A stretch of 62,378 nucleotides of DNA, filler included, from Globobulimina sp. (taxonomy: Eukaryota): NCBI GenBank assembly GCA_003354225.1. It is 20 parts of 20 records of this genome, joined end to end, with 100 filler letters (N's around TTAATTAATTAA, not from the genome) between each part and the next. Parts side by side here need not be neighbours in the genome. Positions count along the whole stretch, not along the records: positions 46,873 to 49,894 come from PIVH01003984.1; positions 49,995 to 53,015 come from PIVH01003985.1; positions 53,116 to 56,136 come from PIVH01003986.1; positions 56,237 to 59,257 come from PIVH01003987.1; positions 59,358 to 62,378 come from PIVH01003988.1; 15 more parts are not named here. One strand, written 5' to 3'. The notes under the pieces are model-generated. The model saw only the letters and a list, made by a program, of their open reading frames with translations, was not told where the DNA came from and did no database searches. The position numbers and the translations under genes are program-made. Below are positions 46,873-59,526 of this stretch, in pieces. The first letter of the stretch is position 1. Every line of letters starts with the position of its first letter.

Positions 46873-49509
46873 CAAATTATTCGCTACGGGCGGTTTAATT
46901 GAAGGTTGGCACTTGATTTTATCCCCAAAGCCTTCAATTTTGACCGGTTCGATCTTAATAAAATTCGCATCAATTTGTATATTTTCGCATACGTTTTCCT
47001 TGGTACTCGGCCTATAGATTGTCATATAAACCACCGCATTTGGGTCAGATATTTGGACTGGAAACACTATGGTTTGTCTGGGCATTATATCAGTAAACCC
47101 CACCTGGACTTTGTCCCATTCATGTTGCGATGTATTGGCCTGCGATTTTTCCGATCCATGAGCACGTTCTTTGAGTCTTTCTTGATTGGATTTGGCTGCC
47201 ACATCTCGTGAGTCATCGGCGGCTGACGATGTTTGATTGGTTGATTTGTTCGTTTTGGTTTTATTTACGCCAACATCAACACCAATGGTCGACATGCCAG
47301 CTTGCGGGATCACGGCGGTTGCGCCGACTTTGACGCCTAATGTCTTATTTTGCTCATTTGTGGAGTCAGAATTGTATTGTTTGGAGGATTTAATGTTGGA
47401 TGAACTGGATTGGTCGTTGACACGTTTGCTTTTTTTGTTGTCGTGTTGCGATAATGACTCGTTTGATGATTCAAAGGATCCATATTTCCTTTCGCCAATT
47501 ATACGAACTCGAATTAATTCATTCGTACTATTTTGAACATCTACATTTCGTTTTAAAATGGACTGCGTTTTGGGTTTGTTTTTTCCGATTTGTCGAGCTA
47601 GATTGACCTTGCTTTTGTTTTGTGAAAAGTGTTTCTGTCGCCATTCTTGGAATTTACGTTTAAATGTGGAAATATGGCCATTTTTGAAACCCATATCCTC
47701 CAATTCATCCTCTGTTAAAACATTATATAATATATTTTAATTGGTTTGTGGTTTTCAAATCCATATAGAAAGTGTATCAAAATGCTATGTGAATCGTCAC
47801 CAAAAATGCCATATGGGATCAAGGTGCAGGTGTTTAATTGTTGCCCAATGTAAAATATCTGAAGCAATTAGTTGGTTTGCTCTTTGCATATTCAGCCATT
47901 CAGTAATTTTAAGTAACTCGAGAAAAACCCTGTAACAAAAAAAGACAAAAGCACTAAACCGAAAAACTTAACCGAAAGCATATGACCGCCATATGTATAA
48001 ACACCTTATGTTACATGTGAGGTGTTGTGGAAGCATTTGTACAGCTCATTTTGTCAAAACTAGTCCAATGGACTAAATATTTACTCCCAAAAAGCCACTG
48101 ATGATACCACTGAAAAATCACCGGAAACCACATGAAATCCACCGGAAACCACATGAAATCACCGGAAACCACATGAAATCACATAAAATATTACGTTTTC
48201 AGCAACAGAACATAATAAATGTACAACAAAAACAAACTGCATTTAGCAACGGTTCACAATGACATTTTATACATTTTTACATGGATTTGAAAATCCCGAC
48301 ATATATAAAAATATAGTACCTTTTGTCAATAAATCGTCCCAAAATACAGGATGTATCCAACCAGTTTCTTTTAATTTATTGATCAAATCGTTTGGTATGT
48401 TCCATTCCCTTAATATTTCTGATGGATCCGCTTCAAATGCATTCACTCGCTTTATTTTCGGCTTCCTCGCCTTCTGTTTTTCAGCCATTCTCTCGTTCTT
48501 TTTCTGCAGAAATATTTTAATTTCATCTTCCCGCCACTCCATATCCACCAAATCTTTTGTTTGCAACTCATCCCAGTGCCGCTCAGCCAATTTCCTGTTC
48601 GTCTCCAATATCTCTATCGATTCCTGGCTGATGTTCCATCCTCGTAATATATCATACGGCTCTTCATAGAGTCTGCTCGCCAATCCATCCACAAATAATC
48701 TAACATCCTCATATCGAAAACCCATTGCTTTCAACTTCAAGTTTCCGCGCTCATCCTTCAAAATATTCCATCGCGTCTCGTCTAAATAACCCTCTTCGTC
48801 CATGCCCTCGATTAACGACACATTAATACCCCAGTTCTTAAGCGTTTGTGTTGCGGCAATATTCTTCTGTTTGATGCCATTCATCCCGGTCATAAAAGAT
48901 GCAATGTGGCCATTACCAAAGCCCATGGCCTTCAGTTCCTGCTTTGTTAATACATCCCAGTTCCTGTCATCTAACCAGCCCTCGCCGTCCATTGCGTTGA
49001 TTAGTATTTGCGGTATCATCCATTCTTTTAATTTCTGGATGGCGGCTTCCTTTCGTTTCTGTGTTCTGAGTATCTGAGCTTGTTCTTGTTGATTATCGAT
49101 ATCATCGTTATATTTATTTTCTTCTTCTGGTTTGCCATCAATGGTCTCATCAATGAGAGCAAATGCTTTATCAAACGTCATTTCGAAGGTCTTATCGACC
49201 AATTTATCCACTGCTTTATCGAAGGTTGCATCACATTTTTGGGCCAAACGCTCATGGATCACTTCATCCATTACGTCTCCAAATTTGGTCTCGACTCGAT
49301 CCAAAAGGGATTGACCAGCTTCGCCTGCATTTTTTCCTTTTTTGTTTTTGTTTTTGCAATGTGCACATGTAATGTGTATATGTATATATATGTACATATA
49401 CAGCAATAATTGGATGTTGGAAGAGTGACGTACCCACATATTTTCCTGCTGATTTGGCAGCATCGGATATATTCTCTGTAGTACAACATACTTTACATAC
49501 ATTCCCCAT
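46873..49509 (-). CDS. Predicted N-acylated protein with four SAM-like repeats and a beta-rich C-terminal domain; introns 49337-49433 and 47712-48319; 3' partial
   Basis: MGNVCKVCC; repeats of LxxWxI..GW/YLD..W..L...L..MGF..GHI..F; splicing gives YVG/KNA and LTKE/DELEDMGF. Confidence 0.8.
47750..48296. mobile_element. Intronic MITE / non-autonomous DNA transposon, ~547 bp, with ~60-bp imperfect TIRs
   Basis: TTTTCAAATCCAT (47752-47764) pairs with ATGGATTTGAAAA (48281-48293) and similarity continues ~45 bp inward; removing it leaves a typical ~61-nt intron. Confidence 0.8.
48115..48184. repeat. Tandem repeat, ~3.5 copies of 20-bp AAATCACCGGAAACCACATG
   Basis: Read directly; lies inside the intronic MITE. 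Confidence 0.95.
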
Positions 49510-49643
49510 TATTAAAGTACGAAAATATTATGTTAACACATAAAAAAACTATCTAAAAACTTAAACAAACATCATAGCGTTTTTAGTATAAAAGCACGAA
49601 ACTATTATAATATAAATTTATTGAAATTAGTGGCCAACTCAGG

Positions 49644-49894
49644 ATGTCGGAAGATGTGTATGATTTGTTCCCGACATCACACAAATATCTCAATATCATT
49701 GTATTTGTTGCCTCGTGTTTCTCATTGATTCCATTATATCATATTTACACCAAAACAATTTGTGTTTGTCCCAAATCAAAATTATCAAGGATGGTATCAA
49801 CGAGTTCAAAATCAAAAGACAGAATAGACTCTTCATCGCGTCCGGATAGCAGCAAAATATCGCCTCCAACGATGCTAGCTCAAAGATCCATGTC
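49644..49894 (+). CDS. Membrane protein, N-terminal fragment
   Basis: ATG followed by a TM helix, open to the contig end. Confidence 0.5.
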
Positions 49895-49994
49895 NNNNNN
49901 NNNNNNNNNNNNNNNNNNNNNNNNNNNNNNNNNNNNNNTTAATTAATTAANNNNNNNNNNNNNNNNNNNNNNNNNNNNNNNNNNNNNNNNNNNN

Positions 49995-50814
49995 ACTACA
50001 ATGTGTAGATAGACCGCAAACCCATCTGACAAGACTCCCCCTTTGTTTATCACTCAAGGCTGAGACACGGGGGAGAAAGAAACATGAGTCAGTAATGGCA
50101 GCAGAGCGGTTGGTAGTCACTGATCATCAAAAAACACAGATGAAATGAATGATGATTAAGAAGAAGTATGTTTCACGATAATAATCTACTAGTATAAACT
50201 AGTACTCACATGCGTGCAGTGGAGAGATAGCATTACATGCTGTTGCGCGGACACAGAAAACGGGATCATCAAGTAGCAAAAATGTCGGCGGAAGGACCAT
50301 ATTGAAAACGGTGGAAGCAGGGAAGAGTGGCACTAATCTAGGCAACAGCGATGCAAAGGCATCTCTTAATCGCCAGTTGAACTGATTAGAGTTCTCCAAG
50401 ACCTTTACAAAGCAAAGAAAAACTATCAGCAGCAGGCGGCGTGTCACGATGCAAGAGAATAAGATGATTTCTTCTCCCCATAATAGTAGTAATCCCAAAA
50501 GATAGATGGGTGGGTGGGTTGCTGCATTCTTACCCTCAACAATAAGGGCAGCATTTCTGCCCTGCGCTCTGCATTCATGATGGAAAATACCACATGTAGG
50601 CGCTGGATCATGCAGGTTCGCACCTGATGGTACATATGTATAAGATAATTTGCATATATTAAACATCACTTCTTCAGTTGATATGTCATGCAGCATGGCA
50701 GTACGCGTATTGCAAGCACAGCCATCATCACACCTTATCTACATCTAACAGAAGGTTCTCCATATGTTCTACTAGATCCTGCTCGACTTGATCTTTTGTT
50801 AGGACCTGTGCCAC
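49995..50814 (-). CDS. PP4R1/PP2A-A-like HEAT-repeat gene fragment, probably from a different eukaryote; exons 50734-50814, 50534-50623, 50210-50402
   Basis: Spliced VAQVL..DLVEHMENLLLDVDK/VRTCMIQRL..RRAEMLPLLLR/VLENSNQFNWRLR..LLLDDPVFCVRATA; GTAAG/GTGAG donors, 110-131 nt GC-richer introns. Confidence 0.75.
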
Positions 50815-50870
50815 CTAACGGGTAGTGAAAGAGTTTTTATTTATTACCAGAACTGGAGCGAGCAGATAAA

Positions 50871-51332
50871 TTGAATGAAGTTATGCCTGTTATGGATCAC
50901 CATATCGATGTCAATGAAGGCAAAAATGATAATGAATTCGAAGGGGTTAATAGATTTGATCATAAATTGGCATTGCCGCAATTACCAATACCAACAGATA
51001 AGAAATTAAAGATAAAATTTAATGATTCTTATGTAGAACAGAAATGTGACAAATCGGAGTGCAATATTTCAATGCAAATGGTGTTTAACGATTATGCTAA
51101 AATATATGGTTATAATCCAAAGGAAGCAAAGCATTTAATGGCATTTGCGAAGAAAAAAGGAATGAAAATTAATTTTTCTGATGCTAAGGATATTGTGGTA
51201 GATAATAATAACAAAATAAAACATATGATTCAAGATTCAGTTATTTCAGTCTCAGAGATTCAATATGAAGGATTAAGAATGAAACATTGGAAAAATAAGA
51301 GTGTGATGCTCAGTCCATGCGCCAGCAAGTAA
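50871..51332 (+). CDS. Hypothetical protein, probably a 5'-truncated host gene
   Basis: 153-aa AT-rich ORF starting at the composition switch. Confidence 0.5.
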   Translation: MNEVMPVMDHHIDVNEGKNDNEFEGVNRFDHKLALPQLPIPTDKKLKIKFNDSYVEQKCDKSECNISMQMVFNDYAKIYGYNPKEAKHLMAFAKKKGMKINFSDAKDIVVDNNNKIKHMIQDSVISVSEIQYEGLRMKHWKNKSVMLSPCASK

Positions 51333-51645
51333 CGTTTATTTTTTTATATTATTTTTCTTTCTTTTATAATTTTTAAATTAGCTTTTTTATTAATTAAGTT
51401 TTTATTCCATTTAACTTTTCATTTTGTATTCTTTCTTTGTTTATTTGTTTTAGGATAATTTATATCATATATTCGCGATACAACAACGATCAATTTTACA
51501 TTTTGATTTGTTGAAATTAATTAAAAAGCAGCACTTTGATTTATTAAGAAACTGCACGCGACTCAGAAACGTTTATAGAATTGTAAATTACTCCGATTGC
51601 TGACAGGATAATTAACTCAAACAGAACAAAAATCATAGCGTAATC

Positions 51646-52194
51646 ATGGCACAACAACTGGACTATGCATATGAAAAAGAGATTATCCAAATTAGAGTTG
51701 ATATTAGACAGTTATTAGATAATTTGGGTAAATTGGATGATTTTTGTTTGTTTGAAACAAATAATTTCAATCATGAATTGTATTTGCAACACAAGGAGAA
51801 ACAAATTAAATTAGCAACAGAATGGGATGAAATTGCAAATAATTTAGATATCTTATTAACTGATTTAGAGAATGATAATGCTGACATTGATCAATATGCT
51901 AATAATTATAAACCAGAGAACAATCAACACATTCAACAAATTCATGAGATAAAAGAGGAAGATTTATTTTCTTGGACAAGTAATGGGACAATGTATAACT
52001 TATTCACACAGAAAGAAATTGAGGATAACAAAAATAGATTTCACTCAAAGTATCATGACAAAAGTATCCAATTTCGTAAATTCAGACAAAAGAAACGGAA
52101 ACAATTACAAGCTAAGAAAGCATCATGTAATCAGCCACAAATCACAATGGTTGAATCAAATGATTATGGCTGTTGCTTTAATATCACATGGTAA
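51646..52194 (+). CDS. Hypothetical coiled-coil protein with C-terminal GCC
   Basis: 182-aa ATG-TAA ORF. Confidence 0.6.
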   Translation: MAQQLDYAYEKEIIQIRVDIRQLLDNLGKLDDFCLFETNNFNHELYLQHKEKQIKLATEWDEIANNLDILLTDLENDNADIDQYANNYKPENNQHIQQIHEIKEEDLFSWTSNGTMYNLFTQKEIEDNKNRFHSKYHDKSIQFRKFRQKKRKQLQAKKASCNQPQITMVESNDYGCCFNITW

Positions 52195-52348
52195 ATATTA
52201 ATGATTGCAAATTCTGCACAGTGTATCTATTCAGGGTTTGCTGTTGCAAACTAAACGCAAACCAACAGCAAACTATAGTGTTTTTAATATTTTTTTTTCT
52301 TCAGTTATCTTGCTTTTTCAGTATGTGAAACTGAAGTCAAGTGAAAAC

Positions 52349-53015
52349 ATGTCACGAGTTAACGTAATATTTGTCTTATTATTGTTTATTGAAGCTACCA
52401 TTACAGAACATATCAAAACTAATCAAACGATTCAGTGTCACAAATCGAAACCTTGTACCGTTATTTGTAATGAACAATATCTATGTACTAATTTACAAAT
52501 CATTTGTCCTATTAACAATAAATGCAGCATCACATGTAACGCAAAATCATGCCATCGAAGCACCATCAATGCCAATCATTCATCATTATTCAATCTATAT
52601 TTAGCTACAAACCTATATTATGATTTAACGGTATATTTGCCACCTTCAGTACATAACAAACCAACTGCACAAATAAACATGCTTCAAATAACAACGACGA
52701 CAAACATTTTCGAGCAACACAAAAACCATTTTCAATTGATATTATATGCATTAAATGGATTTAATGATCTCACTATTAACCATCCAATGATTCCAATCCA
52801 ATCAAATATTTATAGCACAATGTATTGTCAACTGAATTACGATACATTTTGCAAGTTCTCAACTGCTACGTGGTTATGTATGAGTGCTGATCATATATGT
52901 TCCAACACACAGACAAAGTTCTCATACATAACAAATCATACAAACAACTTATACGAAAACAGAACAAGCGTTGTTACTCCACACCACAATCGACACTTAT
53001 TACAGTTAACAACAA
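52349..53015 (+). CDS. Secreted Cys-rich protein, 3' partial
   Basis: Signal peptide MSRVNVIFVLLLFIEAT; CxxxxxCxxxC repeats. Confidence 0.65.
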
Positions 53016-53115
53016 NNNNNNNNNNNNNNNNNNNNNNNNNNNNNNNNNNNNNNNNNNNNTTAATTAATTAANNNNNNNNNNNNNNNNNNNNNNNNNNNNN
53101 NNNNNNNNNNNNNNN

Positions 53116-56100
53116 TCCAGTGTAATTTACACATTTTGCATTTATTATTCGCGGCCATCGCCCGCATACCTTCTCCAATTTTGTCCCGATTTGGCGTATA
53201 CTGCGAATATGCCTCCACCTGTTTTCCCGTGAAATCTTTTTGCATTTTCTCTTTGCGCACATCGTGGTATATCATGTCCTCATAAGCCACAATGGAGCGG
53301 CCTTCATTCTTCTTATTGGGGTTCAAATAGCCAATGATTATAAACAACGCCAAAAACGACACAAACACCACCCAGACAACGGGATATTTAATTAAATTCT
53401 CCGGTGTTATATCTCGCAAATCATCGAAAGTTAATATATTCGCTTCGGGGATAAAATCTTCCGCTTCGATTGCAAAGCTCGTCAAATGTGTACAGGCACA
53501 GACCACGGTGACATTGGTGATTGTAAATACAAAGCAGCCCTCGGGGTTCCATTCCGCGATGCCGCCATCCCAATATCTGCAACTTGGAAACGTGCCAACT
53601 GCGCCCAACGACCATGCATTCTCATTGGTATCCTCTACGACCGACTCATTTTGCACATTAATAGCAATTAAATATGGAAAGCAGTCGGATGCATTGTACT
53701 CAATCTGCGAATCCGACACTAATCTCCTTGCCCTTCGCCTGGAGTTACCAGACTCGTACAAATTGACAGTAAGCACACCAGACTTCGTTCTCCGTTTCCT
53801 TTTCTGCCGAAAGTAATTATTCTCACTCGAACTGAAAGTGATATCAACTTCGAGATTCAGGAAAGTGCTGCTAAAGTCAGCAGGCATTATCATGCCTTGT
53901 CCGTCCACTACGATACTCGGCTGGTCCATAAGTCCGCCGTCCTGCGAGTCCGCAGTGCTAAATTTGGTGCCGCCTCTTTTCTTCACATCCTTCACATTGC
54001 CATCCGCGTCCAACACCACCTCCTCATTGCTATACACTTCGCCAACCGGAGCCATGGACAATATCAAACTGACCAATTGATTGGCGGAATCGGCGATATT
54101 TTGCACGAATTCATTCAATTGCTCAGCTTCTACAGTTAGGCCCTCACTGTAATCATCTTCGTCGTCGCTTGGCTCCAAAGCTTCTTCTAAATTTGTCCAG
54201 AGCGCAAATGCAGTCTCCACGAGGTCAATCACCACGGCTTGAGCCGCATCGTTGTCTCCGCCCTCGCTGTCATTCGCAGTGAAAATTATAAATTCGTCCA
54301 TTACGAGTATCAGATCGGGCAATGCCTCAAACAGTTCTGCCGCACCACCCGTAACATTGATTGTTTCCGTGTTACTGGTACTCACTGTGAATGCCACCAC
54401 GACATTGGTAATCTCCACAACTTCCACGGGCGCATCAGTCTCATTGCGCGGCGTGAATATCCTGGACGTGGTCACAATATTTATTATGACTTCCGTATTG
54501 ATGTAAGTGGCTTCCTCCTGACCCATAAGCCCCGCGTCATAAAACGTATTCGTAGAGGCCGAGATTGCAGTTGCGAGCGCCAGATTTTCTCCTAAATCGG
54601 TACCGTTTGCGCCCAAGGTCTCCCCCACAACGTCGATATAGTCGTTTACATTTTCCTCCGTATAGTCCTCCTGAGACTGGAAGGTGACGCTCATTGGATA
54701 ACATTTAATGTGGTTCAAAGCATCCTGCACAAGTACAGTAATTTGCACGGTGCCAATTTCAGCGACGCCTTCTATATCTGATATATTATACGTATATGTA
54801 TTGGACAACGTGCCGCCACTCGCTCCCATCACATTATATCGCAACTTTGCTGCATTGCCTTGCCATCCCGTACACCGTATAGCAAATTTAGCCAACGCAG
54901 ATTTCGATGCTGCGTTGGGAACATGACACTGTCCGCTATGCGGCAATGTGCTGGTTGTGACAGTACGCGGAGGAGACTCCGACAGCGCGCCAATAACTTC
55001 AGGAGTGGCCACCAACGGGAACGCCACTTTCAATCTAAACGCATACTCTTTGCCTTGTTGGAATATATGGTCCTGCACAGTGTACATAGCTGTGTTCAAA
55101 CACGATTTCGAGCGCAATGAGTCGATGGTCATGCTCGATTTGACCATCATTGATGTACCGCCATCATAGGCGGCATCTTGCGAGCCAATAATGCGGTTAT
55201 TCACTTGTATGCGGTCGGGTATAAACGATGTATACGGATCGATATCAATCCATGTCGGCTCGGCCGCAGATAAATTTTTAATTTGCCATACAAAGAAAGT
55301 ATCAAAATCGGAGCCTCCTACGTTTAATATGCCGTCCGCATCGTCGATGTAAACACGTATATCTGTGGTGAATCTATCATAGGGATCCAATGGCTTTAAC
55401 GAAGCGGTATTATTGGGCTTCGTCCATTTCCATGCAACACTGACACCCGCCGCCACCGGCGCTGGTGTGGTCGTAGTGGTCGTCATTACGTAATCGCAGG
55501 TCCCCTCAATCATTACTGGTCCCTCGTAATTGCTATCTTCATTGCATCCCATATAATAAACTTGACTTTTAGTCATATTTACTGGACCCGCACAATCAGG
55601 CTCATCATAGAACAGTATTTGCACACTATCCGCATCACAAAATGTCTCGTGTGAGTCGAAACTATTCGTCATACATACTCCTAATATAAATTCTCCACTG
55701 CCTGATATTGGCGCACCGGCTTCGCACGAATCGTATGCAGCGTATGAGAAAATATCGCATTGTCCATATGCATCGCAGCCAAATGACATGACGTCAAAAG
55801 CTGAGATGTTATACTTCCCCGTACAGTCCATACTTGTATAACCTTTCTGTGTTAACGCAGATAAGCCGCTACACTCAACCTTATGCGACATATTTTTTTC
55901 CGCTGCACACGATCCAATCGGTTGCAACCAATAACCCCATTCACTCGCAAAATACTGACACGGCACAAACTGTGCCGGGCTGTAGTCATAGGTCGGTACA
56001 TCACCTTGAATACATTCGAAATCTATAGCCACGGTCCCATTGCCAGGATCGGCAACATCGCAGCCAAGCGTCCAATTCCAACTAAGAAAGTCTGCAGAGG

Positions 56101-56136
56101 TACAATCAGAACCGAACCTCATACTAAATTTGTCTG
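53116..56136 (-). CDS. Polycystin-1-like (REJ + GAIN/GPS + TM) receptor; partial at both ends
   Basis: PHSGQCHV..FAIRCTGW (REJ-like); CRYWD...WNPEGC..VCACTHLTSFA (GPS); first TM follows. Confidence 0.85.
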
Positions 56137-56338
56137 NNNNNNNNNNNNNNNNNNNNNNNNNNNNNNNNNNNNNNNNNNNNTTAATTAATTAANNNNNNNN
56201 NNNNNNNNNNNNNNNNNNNNNNNNNNNNNNNNNNNNAAAACCAATATATGTATACATTATACAAATAACAATAAGTATACAACTGTAGACAATAAAAACA
56301 TACTAAATTATGTAGATACGCAAATCCGCACAATTAGA

Positions 56339-59257
56339 ATGGCCCAGAAAGAATCCGCGAAAAAACCCAGTGTTATACAAACAGATCATCCATCCACCTA
56401 ATCAAATAAATCCAATTTAAACAATAACGATAATAATACATTTTCAAGAAAACATATTTGTATCACGTTGACACCATCGCAGCAACAAAAGAGAAATGTG
56501 CCAAGAAACCAGCAGAAATTGTATCATATTAAAGACTATATTGATGAATCAGAAAAAGGCCAAATTTTAGTATCATTTGCCGGGGAATTATGCCCAGTGA
56601 ACGTTGCACCAAAATGGGAAAACCCCGCAACAACATTTATTATCAAAGTTATAACCATAAATTCAATGCATTTTTATGCTTTGGATTGGCAGCAAATGGT
56701 GAAAAGAAAGAAAAGAAACAATAATACCCAGTTCAAACGTGCAGTATCTCCATCCCCTCCAAATACGTACAAGAAGAGCGATGGCCATTTCCCGCCATTG
56801 ATTGAAGCAAATAAAGATTCACTAAAAATGTCGCAGTATCCATCGTATAAACCAATCAATAAAAGCTTTATAAGAAGAAAAGACGAAGCGAAATATAACG
56901 ATATGGCACCATTAACGAAGGAACAAAAACAGGCTGAAAATGCAGACAGATTAAGAAACATCAAACGAACCGGAGCCTGCGTGGACTTTGAAATAAAAGA
57001 AAATGGAGATTATTGGGACAAGAGATGGGATGCAATAAATTTAAAGAATGCAGTGAAAGACCTGAGAGAATATAAAGAAACGTGGGATGAAATAAATATT
57101 TGTAAAATTAGTAACATGGACGTGCTGCCCAATTCGTTATACGTTAACTGCGCTGTGTCGGATTTCCAAGACTTATTAGTGGGGAAATACCCGGATTATG
57201 ACAAAGCTATCTCCATTGTCTATAAATGCGCGGATATGGACCATCCAATCCATCGACTTGTTATCCATGAATTAGTGCCATCGACGGACGTTATCAATAA
57301 TAAAACGATATTACGGCTGACTCCGATAAGCGGTTCGCGTACGGAAGAGATGCTAATGGATCTCGACTGGTCAATGCCGTATCCAATGTATAAAAGAAAT
57401 GCAATCCAAATTAATTATATTGGCAAGAAAATAGAATGGCGCCCGGTGAATATGGGAATATTCAATGTCCCGATTGGATTATTACACAATAACTCATTAC
57501 CACGCATATTAAACCACAAAATGTCATCCAGCATCAACGTAACATGCTTATTATACGTCGTTATCAATGCGATCAAAAATAACTACGATGTCCGCAAAAT
57601 AGATTACAAAATGTTATTATATCAATTAATTAAGCCGTATGAGATCAAAGTTGAGCGAATGAATAACGTGCACGAGGAATATCGACGAATGACTGCGAAG
57701 ATATCGCCAATGAATGAAGATAAGAGCAATAGTCCGAGCATTGAGAGTGACGGCAACCAATCAGACGAAGACCAATGGTACGACCAAAAAATGAATGAAA
57801 TCAACCGGAAATATGCAAATCTGGTCCAATTAATTGAGAAATCTATGATTAAAAGATCCGACATTATCGACGCAAACCGTATCGCCGTACGACGCTTTTG
57901 TCGGTCGACATTATTTCATCTCCAAAATGAAACTGGCAGTGACTTACCAATACCAAATTGGTTGAACTCCGAAAGCTGGTTTAAAATGCTGCGATTAATA
58001 ATTGATGATAATTGTATACAAAATATTGGCCGCGCTCAGAAAACGGAATTGATGCACGACGATAGAAATGTTTTCCTGACACCAATAACGATAATTGGTG
58101 TTAACCCAAAATTAATTGTTGGCGATGCGGAATTAGGTTTCCCTGCAATGAAATTACGATTGGGAACGATAATTAAATATATGGTATTGGTACAAAATAA
58201 TTTCTATACCGACTATCTATTAACAACAGGAACCTGTTCGTGCGGCAAAAAAGTACCAAACCATAACAACTGCCCGGAACAAGCAAGATATTTGGCGAAG
58301 AAAATAAATTCAATAAAACAGCGATATAACAAAGGCCGAATGACAAAACAGAAGATGGAGGAAGATATTGCAGCGATTGTTAGGATAAAATGTATAAAAT
58401 GCGGTCATTGGGGACACTTTGGATCAGAATGCCGCTGCAAAGACCAAAGCTGTCTATGTTGCTATAGATCCGATCATGGCCGGACATTAAATATAAAATG
58501 TGATGACTCACGAAATTTATTAGCAATATTCAATAATATATTTGATATTGCGATGAATTTTAATAATGTGCAATATCAAAAGATTGACCATTACAAATTA
58601 GTGAATTGCACTGTAAATGAAGAGATGGAATTAAATCAAATCTATAAACAAGAAATCAGAGTTGCTGCCAATCAGAAAATCGAATTAAATCAATTGAGCC
58701 AGAATACAGTATTAAACACGCAGACATTCTTAGAAACTGCCGCATCGCAAACAGATGAAATTGAGATGATCGGGAATAATATTAATGATCCATCATTGGA
58801 TGAAATATATACAAATGATGAGGTATTAATGAATGATGGATTGGTTGACGCTGATTTTGGTGTTGATGACGGTGATTCGCTGTCGTCTGACGATGTAAAA
58901 ACAGAGACCCTCCCACCGGACGCTATAACTCCGCAACAACCCAATCAACAAACCATATTACAAAAAATCCCAAAGAAATGCAATCCAATCAACAACACAC
59001 AAAACAAGAATAATAACAATAACACTAATAACTCAGTATTAGCCGAGCCGGTAAATAAAAATGAGTCCTCCCAAACGCAGAACCCATCATTCAATGCCAA
59101 CCAATATACCTTTGGCGAAGAGGCAGAACCCAATGGAAACAGAAAAAGAATGCGTCGGAAAACGCAACCGAAATTGAATCAGCAATTACAGATCAAACCA
59201 AACCTTCCGAAATATGCCAGAAATCGTGGAAATAATGCAAACTTATTCCATACTCAA
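56339..59257 (+). mobile_element. Gag/ORF1-like CCHC zinc-knuckle protein of a retroelement; in-frame TAA 56399-56401; 3' partial
   Basis: Intronless ORF of over 900 aa with CIKCGHWGHFGSEC (CX2CX4HX4C) and CLCCYRSDH..C at 58391-58501. Confidence 0.65.
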
Positions 59258-59526
59258 NNNNNNNNNNNNNNNNNNNNNNNNNNNNNNNNNNNNNNNNNNN
59301 NTTAATTAATTAANNNNNNNNNNNNNNNNNNNNNNNNNNNNNNNNNNNNNNNNNNNNAATGAAACAATTTGAATCAGTATCAAATAAAATGAAAACCAAA
59401 TGGCATAAGGTACGGGATGGTGAATAATAAAATTATAAATGTTGTAAAATAAAATGAGATGAAATAAAATAAAGTAAAACTAACACAAATAATAATGATA
59501 ATTCATAATAATGATATCAGCAAATA

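Noticed and set aside
3029-59357. Regularly spaced TTAATTAATTAA motif as a biological repeat, or gene neighbourhoods spanning it
   Set aside because: Synthetic linker between size-sorted contigs; no synteny can be inferred across it
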